From Burkholderiales bacterium (GTDB lineage: Bacteria; Pseudomonadota; Gammaproteobacteria; Burkholderiales; SG8-39), in assembly GCA_049651845.1 (NCBI GenBank), contig JBASCW010000037.1, positions 501-64,500 of the forward strand: a stretch of 64,000 nt of DNA. The letters are read 5' to 3'. Both the position numbers and the translations under genes were made by a program. Of the stretch, positions 9,765 through 16,646 are shown piece after piece; the first letter of the stretch is position 1; the number at the start of each line of letters is the position of its first letter. Under the pieces are notes generated by a model. That model searched no databases, was not told the origin of the DNA, and saw nothing but the letters and a program-made list of their open reading frames with translations.

Positions 9765-10232
9765 ATGACTACAGCAGCCCCTACGAGACAAGCACTTGCC
9801 GCGGTGCTGGTCGCCGCCGGCGTGGCTTTTACGCCCGCCCTCACGCACGCCCAATCCGCGCCGAATCAGGCGGCAGCGCAGAAGACCGGAAAGTACAAGG
9901 TCGTCATTCAGGTCAGCGACAACGATCCGGCGAAATGGAACCTGGCGCTGAACAACGCGCGCAACGTTCAGGTCGACCTGGGCAAGGACAACGTCGACGT
10001 CGAGATCGTCGCCTACGGGCCGGGCCTGCCCATGCTCAAGGCCGACTCGAAGGTCGCCGGACGCCTCGCCGAAGCGCTCGATCACAATATCGGGCTGATG
10101 GCCTGCGAGAACACCATGCGCAGCACCAAGGTTCAAAAGGACGACATCTACAGCGGCGTCAGTTACGTGGATGCCGGCGTGGTGCACATCATGAAGCGCC
10201 AGCGCGAAGGCTGGTCCTATGTACGGCCGTAG
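9765..10232 (+). CDS. Secreted DsrE/DsrF-like (COG1416-type) protein
   Basis: 155 aa with a signal peptide ending ALTHAQS. The pattern KVVIQVSDND, VDVEIVAYGPGL, MACENT, GWSYVRP is typical of DsrE-like small proteins. Confidence 0.6.
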   Translation: MTTAAPTRQALAAVLVAAGVAFTPALTHAQSAPNQAAAQKTGKYKVVIQVSDNDPAKWNLALNNARNVQVDLGKDNVDVEIVAYGPGLPMLKADSKVAGRLAEALDHNIGLMACENTMRSTKVQKDDIYSGVSYVDAGVVHIMKRQREGWSYVRP

Positions 10233-10245
10233 GCGGGGGCGCGAG

Positions 10246-11310
10246 ATGCGTTCGATGACGGCCGGCGTTCTGGCAGTTGCGGTCGCCGTAGTGGCCGCTT
10301 GCGCTTCCCAGACGCCGCGCGTCGCGCCCGAGCCGCTCGCGGTCGCCCGGGCGCCGATCAGTTTCGACGGCCACGTGGCCGGACGCGCGACGGACCTACT
10401 CTTCCTCGTGGTGAATGATACCAATCCGGCGACGCCGGGCATCGGGCTGGCGGCCGGCGAGCGGCTCATGGTGGCGCTGCCGAAAGAGTTTCAGCGCAAC
10501 AGCGCCTCGGCGCTGCGCGAGGATTCCGACTTCAACCTGGTACTCACGCGCGGCTGGCCGCAGGCCGCGGTGAGACAGCAAGGCCAGTACCGCATCGTGT
10601 ACGACGCGGCGAGCAACTCGATCGGCGTGCACGCGCTGACCGATGTCAGGCCCGAAGGCCCCAACGCGCCGGGGATCAAGGCGATCCACCTGCGCGGCAA
10701 TACGTTCCTCAACCTCGGACCAGGCGATCATGCGGTGCGCGTCTCGCAGCTCGGCGTCGAAGGGAGTGAAAAGCGCGCCTGGCAAGGCAATGCGAGGATC
10801 GAGTTCGACGCGCCCTCGGCACGGCTTGCGCCGACCAATTTTCACCTCGCGCCGGGCACCAACGCGGACTTCCAGAAAGCCGGCGTCAACAAGGATGCGC
10901 CGCACTGGCTGGGACTGCTTCTGTGGGGCGCTGCCGGCGGCCCGCTGAACGACGTCGGAATTGCGCCGCGCGACCTTGCCCGCCATCCCCGTTACACGGG
11001 CGGCCTTCTGGTACAGGACGCGAACGGCGACGGCAGGCTCGATGCGTCGCAGGACAAGGTCGTGGGCGGAATCATCGGCGCGGCGCCGGCGGGTGCGAAG
11101 GGGCAATCGGCGACCAGCCCGGTCGGCGTCGACGGGAAAGCGATTCTCTCCGGGAAGGCAACGCGTCACGAAAAATTTCCCGGCGGCGGCAAGCCCAACC
11201 CCGGGCTGCTGCCGGTGAGTTTTCACACCGGCGACAAAGCCGGGCCGTATCGTCCGACTTTCGAATTGATCGGCGGAAACACCTTCCAGTACACGATCGA
11301 AGCGCGCTGA
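10246..11310 (+). CDS. Lipoprotein of unknown function
   Basis: Lipobox at MRSMTAGVLAVAVAVVAAC followed by a 335-aa non-repetitive mature part. No family recognised. The start was chosen at the ATG preceding the lipobox. Confidence 0.55.
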   Translation: MRSMTAGVLAVAVAVVAACASQTPRVAPEPLAVARAPISFDGHVAGRATDLLFLVVNDTNPATPGIGLAAGERLMVALPKEFQRNSASALREDSDFNLVLTRGWPQAAVRQQGQYRIVYDAASNSIGVHALTDVRPEGPNAPGIKAIHLRGNTFLNLGPGDHAVRVSQLGVEGSEKRAWQGNARIEFDAPSARLAPTNFHLAPGTNADFQKAGVNKDAPHWLGLLLWGAAGGPLNDVGIAPRDLARHPRYTGGLLVQDANGDGRLDASQDKVVGGIIGAAPAGAKGQSATSPVGVDGKAILSGKATRHEKFPGGGKPNPGLLPVSFHTGDKAGPYRPTFELIGGNTFQYTIEAR

Positions 11311-11322
11311 AGCGGCCTGCTG

Positions 11323-11616
11323 GTGGCCGCTCGTCCTTCGCAGCCCGGAGTGCGCCTTGCGCTGGCGCCGGCCGTGCTGGCCGCACCGGTGCTGTTCGTC
11401 TGGGACATGGCGGTTTGGGCGCTGGTCGAGGCTGGCGCGTCCGAGCGGGCGGACCTGGTGTTCGGCAAGACCCGGGCGCAAGCGCCGTTCCAGATTCTCA
11501 TGCTTTCGATTCCGGCGCTCGCTGCTGCGATCTGGGCGATGAAGGGCCTCGCGCCCACGCGCCTTGCGCACTCAGGGGCCGGCGCGGCGCTCTGGCCGAG
11601 CCTGCTGCGGTGGTAG
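11323..11616 (+). pseudogene. Possible fragment of an NrsF/DUF1109-type membrane anti-sigma factor
   Basis: 97-aa hydrophobic ORF. Its end (ILMLSIPALAAAIWAMKGLAPTRLAHSGAGAAL) resembles the central helices of DUF1109 proteins, but it is less than half the usual length. This is a weak call. Confidence 0.25.
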
Positions 11617-11685
11617 CGAGCCCGGCAAGTGGTTCGATGTAAGGAAACCGCTCGCGCCCAGGTCTAGTCCTGAGAAGCCTTCGAA

Positions 11686-12363
11686 TTGCATACGATGATC
11701 GAGCGTTGCTCGCGAATTTTCTACGTTTTGCTCGTGATCTCCGTCAACGTCGCAGCACCGGCGCCGGCGATTGCCCAGAGCACCGATGCGGAGATGAGCA
11801 AGATCAGCGGCGACCCCGCGGCACCGAGGCGGCACTTCAGGCTAGTGGATCCCGCAAAGCTTCCGGCGCAAAAGGCGAGCGAGATTTACGCGCTCGTCCG
11901 GCAGGCTTTGCAGGGTGGATACGCACGCTCGGGAAACGCGATCGCAGGCGGCTATCAGGGTTGGCGCCGCATGAATACCGCCCCCTACCTGTCCGCCACG
12001 CACGGCAATCATTATCTGAATAACTACCTCAACGATATCGGCGCCGCCGCGTATGGCCGCTTCGAGAAGGCCGGCAAGCTTCCGGTAGGCACCGTCATTG
12101 CCAAGGACAGTTTCTCCATGACGCGCGGAGGCGAGATTCTTCTGGGCGGACTGTTCGTGATGGAGAAAATGCCTGGCGGATTCCTTGACGTGACCGATGA
12201 CCGGAAGTACACGGTCATCCAGGCGGATGGCACGCTGTTCGGGGAGACCAGTGGCAGGGGATCAGACCGCGTCGAGTACTGCAACGCGTGTCATTTGGCG
12301 AAGAAAAGCCAGGATCATCTGTGGTTCCTGCCCAAGCCCTACCGCGTACCGGCGCACAACTGA
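11686..12363 (+). CDS. Cytochrome P460-family haem protein (secreted)
   Basis: Signal peptide (APAPAIAQS) and a single C-terminal haem motif CNACH followed by DHLWF. The central GKLPVGTVIAKDSF resembles the P460/c'-beta fold signature. Confidence 0.6.
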   Translation: MHTMIERCSRIFYVLLVISVNVAAPAPAIAQSTDAEMSKISGDPAAPRRHFRLVDPAKLPAQKASEIYALVRQALQGGYARSGNAIAGGYQGWRRMNTAPYLSATHGNHYLNNYLNDIGAAAYGRFEKAGKLPVGTVIAKDSFSMTRGGEILLGGLFVMEKMPGGFLDVTDDRKYTVIQADGTLFGETSGRGSDRVEYCNACHLAKKSQDHLWFLPKPYRVPAHN

Positions 12364-12371
12364 GGCGTCGC

Positions 12372-12521
12372 TCAGTTCTCGTCCTTCTCGAGCACCTCGG
12401 GTACTTTATGCGATGCGCGGCTGAGAAATTCGATCTGGCGGGAGAAGTTGATGCACCCCTTGCACATCATCAGGTGCATTCTCAACAGCGCCCGATCCAG
12501 ACGCCCGAGCGGCTCGTCCAT
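12372..12521 (-). CDS. Mini zf-HC2-type (anti-sigma-like) ORF
   Basis: 49 aa containing HLMMCKGCINFSRQIEFL (H-x3-C-x2-C). It may be a remnant and its context is degraded. Confidence 0.25.
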   Translation of the reverse strand: MDEPLGRLDRALLRMHLMMCKGCINFSRQIEFLSRASHKVPEVLEKDEN

Positions 12522-12533
12522 CGCGTGCCAGCG

Positions 12534-12710
12534 GGCATCGAGGCGCCGCTGCGGACATACCTCACGGAAGATGCAGATGGTAGGACGAGCGTCACCTGGC
12601 GTGCTCCGAGTGCCGTGTTCGCAGCCTACGGCAGCGCCGAGCTGAACGCGATGGCGCGCGAGCTCGACCCGGTCTTCGAGAAGATCGTCGGCGACGCGAT
12701 CGGCAACTGA
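12534..12710 (+). pseudogene. 3' fragment of a DUF302-domain gene
   Basis: Only the last ~58 aa (GIEAPLRTYLTEDADGRTSVTWRAPSAVFAAYGSAELNAMARELDPVFEKIV) look like DUF302. The upstream part of the ORF is antisense to the zf-HC2 ORF and not protein-like. Confidence 0.35.
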
Positions 12711-12722
12711 AAGGACCAGGCA

Positions 12723-13682
12723 ATGGAAAGAATGTACAGATTTGTCTGCGCTGCGCTGGTGGCGGTGCTGTTCGGACCTGGCGCCGCCATCGCAGAGCCA
12801 ATGCGCAACGGCTTCGACCTGGCCGGCGCGCTTGTCCCGGTAGAGGGGATCCTGCAGGGCGGGCCGCCGAAAGACGGCATCCCGGCGATCGATCGTCCTG
12901 CCTTCGTGGGTGCGCGCGATGCCACCGATCTGCGCCCCGGGGACATGGTTCTCGGCATTTCTCGCGACGGCCTTGCCAAGGCGTACCCGATCCGCATCCT
13001 GAACTGGCACGAAGTGGTCAATGACCGATTCGGCGCCGACAACATCGTGGTGACCTTCTGTCCTCTGTGCGGATCCGGCGTCGCGTTCGAATCCAAAGCC
13101 GGGAGCCGCGCGTTGCGCTTCGGCGTCTCGGGACTGCTCTACAACAGCGACGTGCTGCTTTACGACCGCGAGACGCAGTCGCTATGGTCGCAGATCCGGG
13201 CGCAGGCGGTCACCGGGCCATTGAAGGGCGGACATCTCGAGGCGGTACCGGTCCTGCACACCACCTGGGCTGACTGGCGTGCGCGGCATCCGAATTCACT
13301 GGTGCTGGGCCAGAAGACGGGATATTCACGCGACTATGACGGCGATCCCTACGCCGGGTACGAAAAGTCCGCAGACCTGATGTTCCCGGTGCGCTTTCGC
13401 GCCGAGGGCTACCACCCGAAGGAGCGGGTGCTCGGCATCGTTCTGGGCGGCAAGGCAAAAGCGTATCCGTTCGTCGAGCTGGCGAAGGGCGCGGGCGAGG
13501 TCGCCGACACGGTGGGTGGGCGCGTGATCCGGGTTCGATACAGCCGCGAGCACCAGTCGGCCGAGGCCTTCGACGCCAAAGGCCAGCCGATGGTCGCCAC
13601 TACGCTGTTCTGGTTCGCGTGGGCGGCATTTCATCCCGGCACGGAGATATACCGGGCGCCCGGCGCGAAAGGCGGCAAATGA
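12723..13682 (+). CDS. Secreted DUF3179-domain protein
   Basis: Signal peptide plus DGIPAIDRP, AKAYPIRILNWHEVVND, VTFCPLCGSGVAF, GLLYNSDVLLYDRETQSLWSQ. Confidence 0.75.
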   Translation: MERMYRFVCAALVAVLFGPGAAIAEPMRNGFDLAGALVPVEGILQGGPPKDGIPAIDRPAFVGARDATDLRPGDMVLGISRDGLAKAYPIRILNWHEVVNDRFGADNIVVTFCPLCGSGVAFESKAGSRALRFGVSGLLYNSDVLLYDRETQSLWSQIRAQAVTGPLKGGHLEAVPVLHTTWADWRARHPNSLVLGQKTGYSRDYDGDPYAGYEKSADLMFPVRFRAEGYHPKERVLGIVLGGKAKAYPFVELAKGAGEVADTVGGRVIRVRYSREHQSAEAFDAKGQPMVATTLFWFAWAAFHPGTEIYRAPGAKGGK

Positions 13683-13982
13683 GTTGCGCCCGCCATCAAT
13701 CGTAAGGATTCCGGCCGTTCAGTGTCTGCCGAGGCTGCTGGCGGATCGGTGATCCATCGGTGGGTACCAGTAAGGCGGTCGTCGACGCGGACGAATCGGA
13801 CCACCGTCGAATGCGGCGTTCATTTCGCCTTCGCCTGGCTCGCTTTCCTACACGACGCGAGATCGTGCGCGCTCTACCGTAGCGAATAGAAACTGCCCGC
13901 GCGGCGTTCTAAGTAGGTAGGACGAAGGCCGCCAGATTCGGGCGGGTCATGGAGAGCAGCGATAAAAACGCCACTTTGGCAT

Positions 13983-14573
13983 GTGGGAGAGCGATGGACG
14001 CGCTGGCGCTTCGAGCGGCACGCGAAGGAGCAGCTCGCGCCGCTGTACGGCATGGCGCTGCGCCTCACGGGGCGGCACGAGGACGCCGAGGACCTCGTGC
14101 AGGACACGATCGTCAAGGCCTACCAGGCCTACGGCGGGGCCCGCTTCGAGGGCCCGGCCGGCTTCCGGGGCTGGCTGTTCACGATCCTGGCGAACGGCTT
14201 CCGGGACAGATACCGCCGGCGTGGCCGCTCGCCCGAAGTCGCGCTCGAGCCGTCGGAGGACGATCCAGACGCAAAAGTGATCGAGCTGGTTCCGGATTTT
14301 GCGCCGGGCCCGGAAGCCCGGGCCGAGACCACGCTCTTGCGCGAAGCCGCGCAGGGCGTCATGGAGCGCATGGCTCCCGAGATCCGGCTTGCCGTGACGC
14401 TCTTCTTCGTCGAGGGTTGTACTTACCAGGAGATCGCCGATATCACCGGATGCCCCATCGGCACGGTCATGTCGCGGCTCTGGCGGGGGCGCCGAATCCT
14501 GCGGGATAAACTCGCCCGCTTCGGTGAAGAGGAATCTGTGCCCGCGCGGCGCCGAAAGGTGGAAGGATCATGA
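13983..14573 (+). CDS. ECF-type RNA polymerase sigma factor
   Basis: 196 aa with AEDLVQDTIVKAY, WLFTILANGFRDRYRR and TYQEIADITGCPIGTVMSRLWRGR. GTG start. Confidence 0.85.
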   Translation: MGERWTRWRFERHAKEQLAPLYGMALRLTGRHEDAEDLVQDTIVKAYQAYGGARFEGPAGFRGWLFTILANGFRDRYRRRGRSPEVALEPSEDDPDAKVIELVPDFAPGPEARAETTLLREAAQGVMERMAPEIRLAVTLFFVEGCTYQEIADITGCPIGTVMSRLWRGRRILRDKLARFGEEESVPARRRKVEGS

Positions 14574-15400
14574 ACCCGATGATACCGAAGTGCGGCGATG
14601 TATCGAGCCGGCTGCATGGGTACGCCGACCATGCGCTGCCCGCCGCAGAACGCCGTCTCATCGAGGCGCACCTCGAAGGCTGCCCGACGTGCAGGGCGGA
14701 GCTGGCGCAAATCGAGGCGGTTGAGACGCGCCTTCGGCATCTGTGGCGGGTGCAGAGCGCGCCGGCGCCGGAGCTGTGGGAGCGAATCCGGATGCGCCTC
14801 GCGCCGCCGGCTTCCGTCCGGAGGCCCCTTATTCCATGGCCTGGGCGCGGATGGCAGCGGGCGGCCGCTGCGTTTGCGGTGGTGGCCGCTGTCGCCGGGA
14901 CGACCGTGGTCGGATACCACCTGGTGGAAACCCGCCACGCCGAGAGCCGGTTCGTCGCGGCGCCGATCGAGGAGCTGAAAGCGTTCGTCGACAGCCGCAG
15001 GCCGATGGATGTCGCGACCACCGACCTTGGCGAGCTGCACGGATGGTTCAGGGGCAAGATCGATTTCTCGATTCCGGAGCCGAGGACCCGTGGCGACGTG
15101 CGCCTTGTCGGAGGGCGGCTGTGCTTCTTTCTCGAGCGGCGCATCGCCTCGATGATGTACGAGGCGGCCGGCGGCCGCGTCGTCTCGCTGTACGTAATCC
15201 CGGCGCACTTGGAGACTCTCGACTCGGACTCCAGGCACGTCGTCGCCGGGGAGCCGGTCAGCTTGAAGCGGCTCGGCGGCTATACGCAGGTCATGTGGCA
15301 GCGCGACAAGCTCGTGTATGCCCTGGTCGGAGACATGCCGGCGGCGCAACTGATGGAGCTCACTTCGGAGTTCCTGCATTCGACGCGGGAGCCCGCATGA
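14570..15400 (+). CDS. Membrane anti-sigma factor (zf-HC2 N-terminus)
   Basis: 4-nt overlap with the sigma gene. HLEGCPTCRAEL zinc-finger motif, one TM helix (AAAAFAVVAAVAGTTVVGY) and a ~170-aa periplasmic domain. Confidence 0.7.
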   Translation: MNPMIPKCGDVSSRLHGYADHALPAAERRLIEAHLEGCPTCRAELAQIEAVETRLRHLWRVQSAPAPELWERIRMRLAPPASVRRPLIPWPGRGWQRAAAAFAVVAAVAGTTVVGYHLVETRHAESRFVAAPIEELKAFVDSRRPMDVATTDLGELHGWFRGKIDFSIPEPRTRGDVRLVGGRLCFFLERRIASMMYEAAGGRVVSLYVIPAHLETLDSDSRHVVAGEPVSLKRLGGYTQVMWQRDKLVYALVGDMPAAQLMELTSEFLHSTREPA

Positions 15401-15996
15401 ACCGGCTGCGCCGCCTGCTCATCGCCGCCATCGCGCTCGCGCCGCTCGCCGCGCGCGGGCAGCCGCGCTTCGTCGAGCTCGAGCGCGCGCTGCCGGTCGA
15501 GGCAGCGGACAGGATCGAGGTTATCGAGTTCTTCTGGTACGGCTGCATCCACTGCTACAACTTCGAGCCGCTGATGGAGAGCTGGCTGAAGAAGGTGCCG
15601 CCGGATGTGCAGGTCCGGCGCGTGCCGGCAGTGTTCAACGAGCGCATGGCGCGCGATGCCGCGATCTTCTACGCCTTCGAATCGCTCGGCGTGGCCGCCA
15701 GGCTGCACCGGCCACTCTTCGACGCGATTCATCGCGGCCGGCTGCGCACCGACCAGCCGCATGCGCTCGCCGAATGGCTGCAGCGCAACGGCATCGACGC
15801 CGGAAAATTCGACGACATGTCGAAATCCTTCGGCGTGCAGAGCAGGGTGCGCCGGGCGGCGCAGCTTTCGTCCGCGTACAAGATCGACGGCACGCCCGCG
15901 ATGGCGGTCCATGGCCGCTATGCCGTGAGCTCCAGCCCGGACATGCTGCGCACCGTCGAGCACCTGATCGAGACGGTCAGGAAGCCGAAGCCGTAG
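15397..15996 (+). CDS. dsbA: DsbA-family thiol:disulfide oxidoreductase (CIHC active site)
   Basis: The ATG overlaps the anti-sigma stop. It has a signal peptide, the motif EFFWYGCIHCYNFEP and a C-terminal KIDGTPAMAV cis-Pro-loop region. Confidence 0.8.
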   Translation: MNRLRRLLIAAIALAPLAARGQPRFVELERALPVEAADRIEVIEFFWYGCIHCYNFEPLMESWLKKVPPDVQVRRVPAVFNERMARDAAIFYAFESLGVAARLHRPLFDAIHRGRLRTDQPHALAEWLQRNGIDAGKFDDMSKSFGVQSRVRRAAQLSSAYKIDGTPAMAVHGRYAVSSSPDMLRTVEHLIETVRKPKP

Positions 15997-16044
15997 CGAA
16001 TAGTTTGGCGCGCTGCGTCGTTCTAGTGGGGAGGAGGCAAGCCC

Positions 16045-16632
16045 ATGAGCGACCAAGAACACCACGACTGCCCCGGTCTTTGCATGAGCCGCAGGGAGGC
16101 CCTGAAGCTGGGGGCCGGCGGCGTTGCGGTCGGTGTCTTCGGACTGCCTGGGGACGCGGCCGCAAAGTCGAGCGATGTCCTGGCCTATCCGCGAAAGCGC
16201 GTCGCCCAGATCAGCCGGCTGGAAGAAGGCGCTCCGCTCGCCTTCACCTATCCCCTCGAACAGCAGCCGAATTTCATCGTCAGGCTCGGGGCACCCGCCC
16301 AGGGCGGCGTGGGGCCGGGCCGCGACATCGTGGCGTTCAGCTCGCTCTGCACGCATATGGGCGGCAACCTGCGAGGCCGCTATCGCCATGACCTCAAGGC
16401 GATCGGCCCCTGTCCGTTTCACTTTTCGACCTTCGATCTGACGAGAAGCGGCATCCCGGTGCACGCCAGCGCCACGCAGCTCTTGCCGCAAGTCGTCCTC
16501 GAGACGGCGGGCGACGACATCTTCGCGGTCGGCGTGCACGGCCTGATCTACGGTTTCCGGCACAACCTGAAGGACGGGACGCTAGCGGCCGGCGCTATCC
16601 CTGCGGGTGCGTCGAAAACCGCGCGCGGTTGA
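16045..16632 (+). CDS. Tat-signal Rieske [2Fe-2S] small subunit, arsenite-oxidase AioB-like
   Basis: Twin-arginine signal MSRREALKLGAGGVAV. Rieske ligands CTH (in CTHMGG) and CPFH (in GPCPFHFSTFD). It sits immediately upstream of the Mo subunit, as in aioBA. Confidence 0.8.
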   Translation: MSDQEHHDCPGLCMSRREALKLGAGGVAVGVFGLPGDAAAKSSDVLAYPRKRVAQISRLEEGAPLAFTYPLEQQPNFIVRLGAPAQGGVGPGRDIVAFSSLCTHMGGNLRGRYRHDLKAIGPCPFHFSTFDLTRSGIPVHASATQLLPQVVLETAGDDIFAVGVHGLIYGFRHNLKDGTLAAGAIPAGASKTARG

Positions 16633-16646
16633 ACAAGGGAGAAACC

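Noticed and set aside
13889-13912. ECF-type promoter-like motif GAAACT-N13-TCTAA upstream of the sigma gene at 13983
   Set aside because: The spacer is about 3 nt shorter than the 16-17 nt typical of RpoE-like promoters, and I cannot validate the motif from one occurrence.
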